Positions 39,254 through 49,155 of a stretch of 64,000 nucleotides of DNA are shown here, in pieces. Below the pieces are notes generated by a model. The model did no database searches. It saw nothing but the letters and a program-made list of their open reading frames with translations, and was not told the DNA's origin. The position numbers and the translations under genes are program-made. Source of the DNA: an uncultured bacterium (GTDB taxonomy: Bacteria; Babelota; Babeliae; Babelales; JABCYS01). The first letter of the stretch is position 1, and the number at the start of each line of letters is the position of its first letter. Where the stretch lies: NCBI GenBank assembly GCA_963705705.1, contig CAVPKK010000007.1:1-64000 (forward strand), in the 5' to 3' direction.

Positions 39254-40081
39254 TTAATCCTCTTCCCCACTTACCCGAATATCATTATCAATAATTTGTA
39301 TTCGCTCAATGGAAATCGCCTTGCCAGTCGTTGGATCAGCCTCAATAACCACGCCACACAAGATTGCTGGCGCATTGTTATCAACCTCAAATTTATGTGG
39401 CATCGCCGTAAGCATATTGGCCAAAATCGGCTCGGGCTTCATCCCGATCATTGAATTACGAGCGCCAGCCATGCCGAGGTCGGTAATAAAGGCCGTACCC
39501 TTTGGCAGAATCCGTTCATCGGCCGTTTGCACATGCGTATGGGTGCCGACCATACCGCTAATTCGGCCATCAAGATAGATACCCATGCCCGCCTTTTCAG
39601 AGGTCGTTTCAGCATGGAAATCGACGAAGATCAATTTTGTTTTTGTGCGCAGAAATGTTAATGCAGAATCAGCGCTTCGAAATGGGCAATCGATATGTTG
39701 CGCCATAAACACCCGGCCCTGAATATTCAACACCCCAATCACCAGGCCTTCTGCCGTTGTAAAAGTGGTAACACCGGTGCCCGGGCAGCCGCTTGGAAAG
39801 TTTGCTGGGCGCAAAAGATCCTTGTGTTCGGTGAGGTATTGATACACCTCACGTTTGGCCCAGATATGGTTGCCCGACGTGATAATATCTACGCCCATAT
39901 GTTTGAAGAAGTGAACATTGCGAGAGGTAATGCCCCGGCCATCGCCTGTGCAATTTTCGCCGTTTACAATAACACCGTTTATACGGTATTTTTCGCGTAT
40001 CGGTTTGAGATGCTTTAGCACCATGGCACGGCCAAGTTGGCCGACGATGTCACCGAGTAGGAGGATTCTTACATTGCTCAT
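39254..40081 (-). CDS. ymdB: YmdB-family metallophosphoesterase (TIGR00282)
   Basis: GDIVG, NGEN, TSGNH, DFHAETTSEK, GTHTHVQTADERILP; downstream of rny as in Bacillus. Confidence 0.95.
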   Translation of the reverse strand: MSNVRILLLGDIVGQLGRAMVLKHLKPIREKYRINGVIVNGENCTGDGRGITSRNVHFFKHMGVDIITSGNHIWAKREVYQYLTEHKDLLRPANFPSGCPGTGVTTFTTAEGLVIGVLNIQGRVFMAQHIDCPFRSADSALTFLRTKTKLIFVDFHAETTSEKAGMGIYLDGRISGMVGTHTHVQTADERILPKGTAFITDLGMAGARNSMIGMKPEPILANMLTAMPHKFEVDNNAPAILCGVVIEADPTTGKAISIERIQIIDNDIRVSGEED

Positions 40082-40111
40082 TGTATTTCTAGCTAGATGA
40101 TTAATGGGACG

Positions 40112-40190
40112 TTTGCTCGGGGACGTTCCCTCCCCGAACCCCTCCCTAAATCTTTATGATTATGGAGGGCTGACCGCCCTCCATGCCACC
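40112..40190 (-). repeat. GC-rich two-hairpin structured element, copy A
   Basis: Aligns with 43431-43500; hairpins at 40115-40139 and 40162-40184. Confidence 0.7.
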
Positions 40191-40453
40191 CACTTGGTTG
40201 GCCGCATCTAATTTTAACAAGTCGAATGCTTGTTAGCTTTGGAAGAATCATTAAATAATATTGATCCAAAACAATTCTTTCTTCTTCCCTTAGGCGAGAG
40301 AGATTTTTGGCTTATACGAAAATCATATGCCGGAAAAGCAGGGGCGAATAAAGAAATACAATCACTCGCCGACTGCAGGCGCTTCAACGCCGTGGAGGCG
40401 ATGCGTTGTATTTTTATGAGCTCCATTCCGTTTGCGCTCAGCATCGCCAAAAA

Positions 40454-42025
40454 CTATCGCGCGTATTCAATTACACGTTTCTCGCGGATAACGTTAACCT
40501 TAATCTGCCCAGGGAAGGACATTTCGCGTTCAATTTTTCGTGCCACTTCGCGTGCCAGCACAATTGAACGTTCGTCATCCAGCGAATCCTCTTCGACGAT
40601 AATGCGAACTTCGCGACCAGCTTGTAGGGCATACGCTTTTTTGACCCCGTCGAACGAAATAGCAATTTCTTCCAATTTCTCCAACCGTTTCATATATGCC
40701 GTTAATGTCTCGCGTCGTGCACCAGGGCGTGACGCTGAAATCGTATCAGCAATAACAACAATTGGACCGTAAATTGAGGTGAATGGAACTTCCTCATGGT
40801 GAGCAGCAATAGCATTCACAATGATTGGATTTTCGCCACAACGTTTTGCAATATCGCCACCGATCATCGCGTGTGGTCCTTCGACTTCGGCCGTTACCGC
40901 TTTACCAATATCATGCAATAAGCCTGCACGTTGCGCAATAGCACCGTCGAGGCCAAGCTCGTCAGCAATAATTCGTGCAAACATACCAACTTCTTTGGAG
41001 TGCACCAATACATTTTGGCTAAAGCTGGTTCGGAAATGTAGCTTGCCAAGTAAGGTAACAATCTCAGAATGAATACCCTGAAGATTGAAATCGAGTACTG
41101 CTTGACGCCCGTATTCTTGAATAGTTTCTTCGATCTCACTCTCGCATTGTGCAACCGTTTCTTCAATACGTGTTGGGTTAATGCGGCCATCGATAATCAA
41201 TTTTTCTAGGGTACGCTTGGCAACTTCACGGCGTATGGGATTAAAGCCAGAAATGGTGATCGATTCAGGGGCTTCCCCAATTACAAATTCCATACCCGTT
41301 GCCATTTCAAGCGCCTTAATATTACGGCCTTCTTTGCCAATAATACGGCCCTTCATTTCCTCATTCGGTAGATGAACGACACCAGCAGCATGTTGGCTTA
41401 CATGCTCAGATGTATATCGCTGCATAGCACCAATAACGATACTAGCCGAGCGATCCTTGGCAATTTCACGTGCTTCTTCTTCAACCTTTTGCACCCATTT
41501 TTCACTTGAAAGTTTCACTTCATGCTCAATGGTTTCAAATAAAGCGTTACGGCCTTCATCAACGGTCATGCCACTTACGCGTTCTAATTTTGCAATAAGC
41601 TCGGTATATAATGATTTAAGCTTGGTTTCATTTGCCCGCAACTGATCAGACATCCTAGTAAGATTGCGTTCGCGTTGCTGCAATTCCAATTTCAATTCTT
41701 CAGCCCGCTGATCTTTGGCTTCAATAGCCTCATTTTTTTCATTCAAACGACTTTGCATGCGCTCAAGCTCATGCCGCTCTCGTTTCAGCTCTGCCTCAAA
41801 TTCCTGGCGCTTCTTATGGAACTCGTCCTTAAGCTTAACCGCTACATCACGGCGTTCAATTTCCATATCTCGACGGGCATTGGCAAGCAAGATTCGCGCT
41901 TCATCACTCTGTTGTTTTGCCTGCCACAGACGGCGTTGAATATATACTATAAAGGCTATGGCTGCCGCAGCGCCGCATAAAGCGAGCAGTGCAGCCGACC
42001 AAGTAGCCAGGCTTATTGCTATCAT
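40454..42025 (-). CDS. rny: Ribonuclease Y
   Basis: N-terminal TM helix, coiled coil, KH MKGRIIGKEGRNI, HD LLHDIGK, ISASRPGARRE. Confidence 0.97.
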   Translation of the reverse strand: MIAISLATWSAALLALCGAAAAIAFIVYIQRRLWQAKQQSDEARILLANARRDMEIERRDVAVKLKDEFHKKRQEFEAELKRERHELERMQSRLNEKNEAIEAKDQRAEELKLELQQRERNLTRMSDQLRANETKLKSLYTELIAKLERVSGMTVDEGRNALFETIEHEVKLSSEKWVQKVEEEAREIAKDRSASIVIGAMQRYTSEHVSQHAAGVVHLPNEEMKGRIIGKEGRNIKALEMATGMEFVIGEAPESITISGFNPIRREVAKRTLEKLIIDGRINPTRIEETVAQCESEIEETIQEYGRQAVLDFNLQGIHSEIVTLLGKLHFRTSFSQNVLVHSKEVGMFARIIADELGLDGAIAQRAGLLHDIGKAVTAEVEGPHAMIGGDIAKRCGENPIIVNAIAAHHEEVPFTSIYGPIVVIADTISASRPGARRETLTAYMKRLEKLEEIAISFDGVKKAYALQAGREVRIIVEEDSLDDERSIVLAREVARKIEREMSFPGQIKVNVIREKRVIEYAR

Positions 42026-42062
42026 TGAAGTCCTAAATTCTTCCGCAGAAGGAGCGCGGTTT

Positions 42063-42320
42063 TTATATCGAGTCAATAATGGTATTAATAGACGATAGTA
42101 GTTTTTGCTCTACCATCTTCCTTTGACTGACACATTGCAAAACGGCAAGCACTGCAATTTTACGTGTATCGATAATGCCAGAATGCCGAGCGATCTCGTC
42201 CATTAATGCATTGACCTCGTGTACAGCGGATTGAACTTGTTCTTCAGTTTCATCGCTGATTAACATATAAGGTTCACCACTGATGATGACCTTAATACGC
42301 CGTGCATTGGTTTTTTCCAT
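42063..42320 (-). CDS. zapA: Cell division protein ZapA
   Basis: IKVIISGEPY...KIAVLAVL, 85 aa, upstream of rny. Confidence 0.85.
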   Translation of the reverse strand: MEKTNARRIKVIISGEPYMLISDETEEQVQSAVHEVNALMDEIARHSGIIDTRKIAVLAVLQCVSQRKMVEQKLLSSINTIIDSI

Positions 42321-42328
42321 CGCGACAC

Positions 42329-42580
42329 CTATTTAGCAGGCTGCTCAACCAATTGGTCAATGTTTTTAATAAGATCGGCCACAAATAACTTGGTCTTTTC
42401 AGTTTCCGAGTTCAATGTTTCGATGCTTTCTTGCCCTTCAAGCAAATCATCCTCTAGGGAAGTAACTCGCTTTTTGAGTTGGGCGTTATCTTTTCGAAAC
42501 TGTTCATTCTCGGTTTTTAGTCGCTGCAGTGTTGCCGCTAGTAGCTCAAGTTTCTTTTGCAAGAGTTCAAACGATTCCAT
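42329..42580 (-). CDS. ZapB-like coiled-coil protein
   Basis: Pure heptad coiled coil upstream of zapA; start MESF after AAAGGA. Confidence 0.7.
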   Translation of the reverse strand: MESFELLQKKLELLAATLQRLKTENEQFRKDNAQLKKRVTSLEDDLLEGQESIETLNSETEKTKLFVADLIKNIDQLVEQPAK

Positions 42581-42700
42581 AGTCATCCTTTCATGTACCA
42601 GAAGTATATAACTTCCTTTAAAGCCTTTGCGTAGTGCAAATCCATTCAAAATAGATCTACCTATGCTTTATTTTATGTGAGAATTTTTACCCACACGGCA

Positions 42701-42730
42701 AGTGTATGAAGTTAGACTTTGTAACGTCAA
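42701..42730 (-). promoter_or_regulatory. sigma70-type promoter for the zapB-like/zapA/rny genes
   Basis: Minus strand TTGACG-18 nt-TACACT. Confidence 0.5.
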
Positions 42731-42788
42731 GAACTGATTGGCATTATGCGAGAAAACGTTGGTCAGCCAACAATTTATTCAAGCAAAT

Positions 42789-43151
42789 CTAAGCAGTTTT
42801 AACGTGCGTTTTAGCTAAGCCTGCAATTTGAGAAAACACCGATGGTTCATGAATAGCAATTTGGCTGAGCATTTTGCGATTCAATTCTACGTGTGCTTTC
42901 TTCAGGCCATTGATAAGCTGGTTATAAGACAAACCTTCAGTGCGAGCTGCTGCACCAATACGCGTAATAAAGAGTGAACGCATATCGCGCTTCTTTAATT
43001 TACGACCCTTGGTAGCAAAAGCCATTGCACGCAATAAGGTTTCCTTGGCGCGTCTAAAGACGTTTTTACGCTGACCCCAGAACCCTTTGGTTTGTTTTAA
43101 TATTTTTTTATGGCGTTTTTTGGTTATTACACCGCGTTTAATTCTAGTCAT
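42789..43151 (-). CDS. rplT: 50S ribosomal protein L20
   Basis: MTRIKRG...KGFWG...RKLKKRDMRSLFITRI...LNRKMLSQIA. Confidence 0.98.
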   Translation of the reverse strand: MTRIKRGVITKKRHKKILKQTKGFWGQRKNVFRRAKETLLRAMAFATKGRKLKKRDMRSLFITRIGAAARTEGLSYNQLINGLKKAHVELNRKMLSQIAIHEPSVFSQIAGLAKTHVKTA

Positions 43152-43162
43152 GTGTCAAAGTC

Positions 43163-43357
43163 CTAGTTAGGAAGTAAATGAATCAGGTGAATTTTATCAA
43201 CCGCAGCAACCGTGCCCGACTTCCTCATCTTCCTTTTTCTTTTTGCTGATTTACCAGTAAGCAAGTGGCGATGGAAAGCTTTGGTGACTTTTATTGCACC
43301 GCTTTTACGTTTCTTGAAGCGTTTCTTAGCCCCTGAGTGGGTTTTCATTTTCGGCAT
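43163..43357 (-). CDS. rpmI: 50S ribosomal protein L35
   Basis: MPKMKTHSGAKKRF. Confidence 0.98.
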   Translation of the reverse strand: MPKMKTHSGAKKRFKKRKSGAIKVTKAFHRHLLTGKSAKRKRKMRKSGTVAAVDKIHLIHLLPN

Positions 43358-43430
43358 TTGATATCCTTAAAATACAAATAAATCAAAGTCTAAATTAATG
43401 AACGGCAAACTTATGCATCTTGCAGTAGCA

Positions 43431-43500
43431 TTGCTAAGGGTCCGTTCCCTCCCCTAACACCCCTCCCACTCCGCCAGAAGGCTACCGCCTCCTGCCTCCG
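43431..43500 (-). repeat. GC-rich two-hairpin structured element, copy B
   Basis: Aligns with 40112-40190 with changed but still pairing stems. Confidence 0.7.
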
Positions 43501-43693
43501 TTATCTCGCTTGTTCGAGACTCACTTTAATACAATAGTCACTCAAATTGCGATCAAAGCTAAGCCGAGGGCTTCTCCGACTCCCATAATTGTTGGCCAAT
43601 GCAAACAACAAATAGAAGTGGACAGTGAAGTCAAAAATTTTTCTTATAGTTAACTAGATGACTTTGAACCGTTTTTAGTCATGAATCCAGTTG

Positions 43694-44278
43694 CTACTTC
43701 TTAATGTAATACATACGGGTCCAAGCAGGGCCCATGCGTAATTCTTTTTCCATTGCCAGATGCTGAATCCCAGCTTCTTCCAATGTTTTTTGTATGCGGT
43801 CAAACATTTCTATGCCACGGGCTTGTTGCATAGCCATTTCGCGACCTCTAAACATGAGTGTAATTTTAAGCCGCATGCCTTCTTTTAAAAAGCCGATGGC
43901 TTGGTTTATCTTCGTTTGAAAGTCATGCTCGCCGATCTTTGGCCGCAATTTAATTTCTTTTATTTGGATGGTCTTCGCATGCTTTTTGGACTGAGCCTGT
44001 TTCTTCTTTTTCGCATACTGCACCTTGCCATAATCCATAATCTTGGCGACCGGAACACCCTCAGCTCCCTGATCAGCAATAATCACCAGGTCAAGGTGTG
44101 CCAGCTGTGCCTTAGCAAGCGCTTCAGCTCGCGTAACCACGCCAATATTTTGCCCATCATCAAGAATCAATTGCATGCGCGGGTATCGAATTTGCTCATT
44201 AATAGGAGCACCGCGAGTTTGGCTTTGTTCTCGCTTCTGAGTTCTATCGTTTTTGTCGATTGGGTGGTTATTTATCAT
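43694..44278 (-). CDS. infC: Translation initiation factor IF-3
   Basis: INEQIR, LDLV, PVAKIMDYGK, KEIKLRPKIGEHD, FRGRE. Confidence 0.97.
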   Translation of the reverse strand: MINNHPIDKNDRTQKREQSQTRGAPINEQIRYPRMQLILDDGQNIGVVTRAEALAKAQLAHLDLVIIADQGAEGVPVAKIMDYGKVQYAKKKKQAQSKKHAKTIQIKEIKLRPKIGEHDFQTKINQAIGFLKEGMRLKITLMFRGREMAMQQARGIEMFDRIQKTLEEAGIQHLAMEKELRMGPAWTRMYYIKK

Positions 44279-44283
44279 AGGTT

Positions 44284-45312
44284 TTATGGTTTTTCCTTAA
44301 GTACTTGCAAAACTGCTTGTTCAATCTTGGCAGCTACATCTGGATGTTCTTTAAGATAGCTGAGTGCTTGATCTCGGCCCTGGGCAATTTTCGCTTTATC
44401 GAACGAGAACCAAGAACCACTTTGCTCAATAACTTCAGTTTGTAGTGCGGCATCCAATAAATCTAGTTCGTGAGAGATACCTTCAGTAAATAGAAGGTCA
44501 AGCTCAACCTTTTTAAATGGTGGCGCTACCTTGTTTTTAACAACTTTTACTACAATGCGATTACCAAATTGTACATCATCCTTCTTCAGGCTGGCGATAC
44601 GGCGTACATCAAGTCGCAATGATGCATAGAATTTAAGCGCGTTACCACCCGTTGTCGTTTCCTTATTAGCAAACGGCATCGAATTGATGGTATGACGAAT
44701 TTGGTTAATGAAAATGAGTACGGTTTTTGATTTATGTACAACCGGCGTTAGCTTCCGCAATGCTTGTGACATTAAACGTGCTTGTAAGCCGACGTGGGTA
44801 TCGCCCATATCCCCTTCAAGCTCCGCCTTTGGAACCAAGGCTGCAACCGAGTCGATCACCACCATATCGATGGCACCCGAGCGAACAAGCATCTCGGCGA
44901 TATCCAAAGCCTGTTCACCGTAATCCGGCTGGGAAATAATAAGATTTTCTACATCCACGCCAAGCTTTGCAGCATGTGCTGAGTCGAGGGCGTGTTCGGC
45001 ATCTATAAATGCGCAGATACCGCCGCGGCGCTGAGCCTGGGCAATAGCATGCGTAGCCAATGTGGTTTTACCTGAAGCTTCAGGGCCAAAAATTTCTACA
45101 ATACGGCCTCGCGGATACCCACCCACGCCAAGGGCATGGTCAATGAGGATTGATCCGGTTGGCACGGCGTCTATGTTTGTTGCGCGCGTATCGCCCAACA
45201 TCATTACGGCGCCCTTACCATATTGTTTATCAATTTGTGTGAATGTTACTTCTAACGCTTTTTTTCGAGAAGCTAATGTCTCTCTTGCATCGCGGGTTAC
45301 TTCTTTTTCCAC
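44284..45312 (-). CDS. recA: Recombinase RecA
   Basis: [40 protein letters not shown]. Confidence 0.99.
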   Translation of the reverse strand: MEKEVTRDARETLASRKKALEVTFTQIDKQYGKGAVMMLGDTRATNIDAVPTGSILIDHALGVGGYPRGRIVEIFGPEASGKTTLATHAIAQAQRRGGICAFIDAEHALDSAHAAKLGVDVENLIISQPDYGEQALDIAEMLVRSGAIDMVVIDSVAALVPKAELEGDMGDTHVGLQARLMSQALRKLTPVVHKSKTVLIFINQIRHTINSMPFANKETTTGGNALKFYASLRLDVRRIASLKKDDVQFGNRIVVKVVKNKVAPPFKKVELDLLFTEGISHELDLLDAALQTEVIEQSGSWFSFDKAKIAQGRDQALSYLKEHPDVAAKIEQAVLQVLKEKP

Positions 45313-45321
45313 CAGAATCCT

Positions 45322-47313
45322 TTAGATCTCGTCGATCGGGTAGTACGGTTGGGTGTCGTCACTCTCTTGAGTAGTATTGACGTTAATTGTAGCAGAGCGC
45401 TCCAAAGAGGCAATAAAGCTTTGAATAAGGCGACCAGTTAGTTCGCGGTCAATTGAGGCTACAAATGATGGCTTTTTGGCCGCAAAGTCTTGGGCATTGA
45501 ATGGTTCTACCCCTTCCAATTTGACAACTAGTCCATTTCCATGATCATCGACATTAGTTATCACTGAACCAACGCGCTCCATAGGCAGCATTTGGTTTAT
45601 TGGCAATCCTTCGGCTGCCAGCTTTTTCACCCGGTCAGTTTCTTCACCTTTAAGCCAGTCGATTGCCCGGGTTGTGCCATGGAATTCCTGGGCTATTTCA
45701 GCCAATTGCTTTTTGCCAGCTTGCTGCTTGGCCTGCGCAAGAATCACTCGCAGGCTCGCCTCTGCCTTTTTGCGATGTAAGGCTTGGGCTACCTTATCCT
45801 TAATCTGCTCAAATGGTGGCACATAACTTTTGTTAACCTTCGTCAGCTGAATGACGGTAGCAGGTCCAGTCTGATCCTTTCCACTAGTCATTATCGACGG
45901 TTCACCTGCATTATGAATCTTAAATAGTCGCTCTATTTGGGCAGAAACATCCCTTCCCAGTGTGGCATTAGTAATTTCAGAGTGGCGAGCACCCTTGGCC
46001 TGGGCAAACTGCTCAAGCGCCTGTGGATTTGTGCGTAATTCATATTGAATGCGTTCCATATCTGCATGGAAAATACGGTTAAACAAAGATTGCCGTACCG
46101 CTTTTTCCACTTCAGGGCGCACTGTTTCTATCGATTTATAGGTTGCTGGCTTGCGAGATATGCGCTGGACTATTTCTATGCCATCTTTGGTTTGGAAGAG
46201 AGGAGAAACTTCGCCGTCGGCTTTCAGCCGAAAGGCAGTTTGTTCCTCTGCCGGATCACGCTCGCCCCGGGTAATAAAGCCAACCATGCCACCGTCTTTG
46301 GCTGTCGCTTTATCATCAGAGACCTCTTTTGCCTTTTCTGCAAATTGCTCTGGATGTTCTGAAACTTGCTTGTATACCGTCTCGGCCTTAGCAACTACAA
46401 GTGCGGTATCTTCTGGTTTATCAACCTTAAATAGAATGCGTCGTATTTGAACTTGTGCAGGGCTTTGTACATACGATGCCTTATGCTCATCATAATATTG
46501 GTTGATATTTTGTTCTGATGGTGTTATGCCATAACGCACCGGGTCAAATTCCCATACTACGCCACTGCGCATTTCAGGCACAGCAAATTGTTTGCTTGCT
46601 TCATCATAATATGATTTCAACTCGGCATCAGAAAGCGGTTTTGCGCGTTCCTGCGCGAGCAACTGATCAAATGGTATTGTGAGTACCGTATATTTTTTTG
46701 CCGCAAACTGCTGCATGTATTGCGACTTGAGTAAGAATGTTGGTGCGTAGAAAGAAGTTGCTATTAATTCCTTAATCTGGCTCAATTTCAAATGCTGTTC
46801 AACTTGCCGCTCAAAATCTGCAACTGAAAGCCCTTGGCTGCGCAATACGCGTGAGAGCGTATGAACATCAAGATTACCTTGTGCCAATAAGTATGGTGGA
46901 ATAATATCGCCCATTTCCTGGAGGAGGAAATTTGGATCAGTTATTTTGCTCGCCACATAATCATAGCCAAGATGAATATTAAGATTGTCTGCAGCCTCAT
47001 TAAGCAATTCGTCAGCAATCAAACTTTGCACAGCCGCTTGTTGAAGATCAATACCAAGTGATTTCAGATCAAACGGTATTCCAGCTTGTTCAAACTGCAT
47101 ACGCAGCAGCTCAAGCTTTCGATCCTGTGCTTGCTTACGCCTCTTGAATTCTGCTTGGCTTATTTCATGATGATTGATCGTGATGAAACTTCTTCGGCTG
47201 CGTGTTCTCAGCAAAAGAAAAATTCCACCGCTCACTACCATGGACGCTACGGTAATTAAGGTTACCGCAACAAAAACGCGGCGATAGGCTCGCTTACTAA
47301 AAATATTAATCAT
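45322..47313 (-). CDS. PpiD-like membrane-anchored parvulin chaperone (SurA N-terminal domain plus rotamase)
   Basis: N-terminal TM helix, SurA_N-like region, FAEKAKEVSDD..TAKDGGMVGF rotamase motif. Confidence 0.85.
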   Translation of the reverse strand: MINIFSKRAYRRVFVAVTLITVASMVVSGGIFLLLRTRSRRSFITINHHEISQAEFKRRKQAQDRKLELLRMQFEQAGIPFDLKSLGIDLQQAAVQSLIADELLNEAADNLNIHLGYDYVASKITDPNFLLQEMGDIIPPYLLAQGNLDVHTLSRVLRSQGLSVADFERQVEQHLKLSQIKELIATSFYAPTFLLKSQYMQQFAAKKYTVLTIPFDQLLAQERAKPLSDAELKSYYDEASKQFAVPEMRSGVVWEFDPVRYGITPSEQNINQYYDEHKASYVQSPAQVQIRRILFKVDKPEDTALVVAKAETVYKQVSEHPEQFAEKAKEVSDDKATAKDGGMVGFITRGERDPAEEQTAFRLKADGEVSPLFQTKDGIEIVQRISRKPATYKSIETVRPEVEKAVRQSLFNRIFHADMERIQYELRTNPQALEQFAQAKGARHSEITNATLGRDVSAQIERLFKIHNAGEPSIMTSGKDQTGPATVIQLTKVNKSYVPPFEQIKDKVAQALHRKKAEASLRVILAQAKQQAGKKQLAEIAQEFHGTTRAIDWLKGEETDRVKKLAAEGLPINQMLPMERVGSVITNVDDHGNGLVVKLEGVEPFNAQDFAAKKPSFVASIDRELTGRLIQSFIASLERSATINVNTTQESDDTQPYYPIDEI

Positions 47314-47329
47314 CTGATTGTTTTCCCAT

Positions 47330-48055
47330 TCAACTTAAAGATGTGCTTATTGGCATTATTGATACATCATGTAATTTTTCAAATTTTTTAATCTGTGCAA
47401 TCGTCTGCTCAAGTTGTGCACGATCGGCCACTGGCGCTGTCACCGCTTGATACCAAGAAATGCTACGCCCCGATTTGGTTCTGCTGTGACGAGTCACAAT
47501 GCTCACATCAAAACCACGTCGCTTCAATCGTTGCACTAATTGATTCGCCATTTTTTCAGTGCTAAATCCAGCTAGCACTCCTTTGTATTTTGGCTGATTT
47601 TTTTGTTGTATCTCTTTCTGAACTGCAAGATTTTGCGTTTGTGCAATAGCTTCATTCTTTACGTTAGGTGCCGCTGCATCGCTCATTTCAGCATTAGTTT
47701 GCGCGCCAGATGCCGCATCTGCAAGCTGCGTTGTTTCTGGTTCATCTTCAGAATCAGCAGATGGTTCATCATCGCCGCGTTCGTTAACTGAACACATAGA
47801 ATAATAAACTTGGTCTGCGAACGAATCGCGCTCAACCATGGTCAGCAGCTGTTCTGCAGCAGTATGCTGACCCCAGAAATAGCCACCGATAAAAACGAAT
47901 AGTGATGTAGTAAGCAATAAAACAATAGTTCGATTAAGCTGTTGCTTATTGAGAAATAAACCATCTTTACGATGATGCTCACTCGGGGCACGTTCCGGTG
48001 CATCCGTACTAAGCGATCCGAAATTTGAACGAAACCAATCTAATATTTTCTTCAT
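47330..48055 (-). CDS. SPOR-domain membrane protein (FtsN/DedD-like)
   Basis: TM helix FVFIGGYFWG, acidic linker, C-terminal LAGFSTEKMANQLVQRLKRRGF..WY. The ORF-track start at 48103 lies inside a repeat, so the start is set at MKKIL. Confidence 0.8.
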   Translation of the reverse strand: MKKILDWFRSNFGSLSTDAPERAPSEHHRKDGLFLNKQQLNRTIVLLLTTSLFVFIGGYFWGQHTAAEQLLTMVERDSFADQVYYSMCSVNERGDDEPSADSEDEPETTQLADAASGAQTNAEMSDAAAPNVKNEAIAQTQNLAVQKEIQQKNQPKYKGVLAGFSTEKMANQLVQRLKRRGFDVSIVTRHSRTKSGRSISWYQAVTAPVADRAQLEQTIAQIKKFEKLHDVSIMPISTSLS

Positions 48056-48093
48056 ACTTTTTCCGATATCACTTCGCAACGCGGAGTTGCAAG

Positions 48094-48132
48094 TCCCGCT
48101 CATCCTGAGCTTATCGAAGGATAAAGGCGGGA
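48094..48132. repeat. REP-like palindromic element, copy 3 (inverted, variant)
   Basis: tcccgctcatcctgagcttatcgaaggataaaggcggga matches the reverse complement of copies 1 and 2 with an altered outer stem. Confidence 0.8.
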
Positions 48133-48159
48133 ATAAGATTGAATGCCAATTTGTCAGAT

Positions 48160-49149
48160 TTATTTTGTGTCGCGAGAATATAGCACACCATGCGCTGTTT
48201 GCAAAACTGCAGTAGTAACTTTTTGCGCAACATCATCTATAATATGGTTCGTCATATTCATTGTTACCGTTGCATCTGATGGTAACTGTTCGAGAAGTGA
48301 ACGGAAGAATGTTGACTGTCTTTTCGCATAGCGTCGTGTTTCGCGCTGTATTATCCCAATCACGGATTCAATATTATTTTGTGATTTTAGTAAGTCGCAA
48401 TAACCAATAATTTTTTTTCTACACAAAAAATCTTCCCATGGTGTATTTTTTAATTCACGCACTTCCGCATGCCATGCAGGCATCATTTCAATAACACGTT
48501 GATCAATGCGTGCATACAGCTCTCCGCGATCACGCGTAAGAAGAAATAGTAGATAATTTTTTGTTATTGGATCATATACTGGCGCATGCGCAGATGGCAA
48601 TTGGCCGGTTGTTTGCCACAATATAAGTGCACGCTCTATGCGATAGCGATCATTTGGATGAATCTTCGCAGCACGTTCTGGATCGATTGCGTTGAGTTGT
48701 TGCCACAGTTCTTGTGTTGATTTGTTTTCAAAAGCCCCCTCGATACTTTTTTGCTTTGCAAAAACACTCGGGGCGAGCGGGACAGGCGCATGCATATCAT
48801 GTGTATTTTCTTTGGCCGGAAAAAATAATGATTTAATATAAAAACCGGAACCGCCAACAATGACTGGAATATTTTTGCGCGACCATATTTCATGCATCAC
48901 TTCTGCAACACGCATGCGGTATTGTGCTACAGTGAAATTTATCGGTTCAGAAAGTACATCGAACAAATGATGCGGTATTAGCATGCGCTCAAGTGGCGTT
49001 GGCTTTGCAGTGCCGATATTCAGAGGCGTATACAGTTGACCCATATCGCCGTTAACGATCTCAATAGGAAGATGGTGATGCAGCGCAAGACCAACAGCTG
49101 ATTTACCGGTTCCTGTTGGCCCTGTTAATACAATGAAGAATTGACTCAT
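48160..49149 (-). CDS. miaA: tRNA dimethylallyltransferase
   Basis: GPTGTGKS, DMGQLY..LNIGTAKP, VGGSGFYIKSL, IHPNDRYRIERAL, TRRYAKRQ. Confidence 0.97.
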   Translation of the reverse strand: MSQFFIVLTGPTGTGKSAVGLALHHHLPIEIVNGDMGQLYTPLNIGTAKPTPLERMLIPHHLFDVLSEPINFTVAQYRMRVAEVMHEIWSRKNIPVIVGGSGFYIKSLFFPAKENTHDMHAPVPLAPSVFAKQKSIEGAFENKSTQELWQQLNAIDPERAAKIHPNDRYRIERALILWQTTGQLPSAHAPVYDPITKNYLLFLLTRDRGELYARIDQRVIEMMPAWHAEVRELKNTPWEDFLCRKKIIGYCDLLKSQNNIESVIGIIQRETRRYAKRQSTFFRSLLEQLPSDATVTMNMTNHIIDDVAQKVTTAVLQTAHGVLYSRDTK

Positions 49150-49155
49150 TTTGTC

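Noticed and set aside
40082..42320. 6S RNA near zapA/rny, group II intron domain V, or IS200/IS605 end in the rny-ymdB spacer
   Set aside because: zapA and rny are only 37 bp apart. No 6S rod with central bubble and no domain V consensus recognised. The GGCGCTTCAACGCCGTGG hairpin only loosely resembles IS605 ends and no tnpA/tnpB is present.
43358..43693. L20 autoregulatory leader upstream of rpmI-rplT
   Set aside because: Could not match the known L20 leader by eye, and the main hairpins recur upstream of ymdB, which is unrelated to L20.
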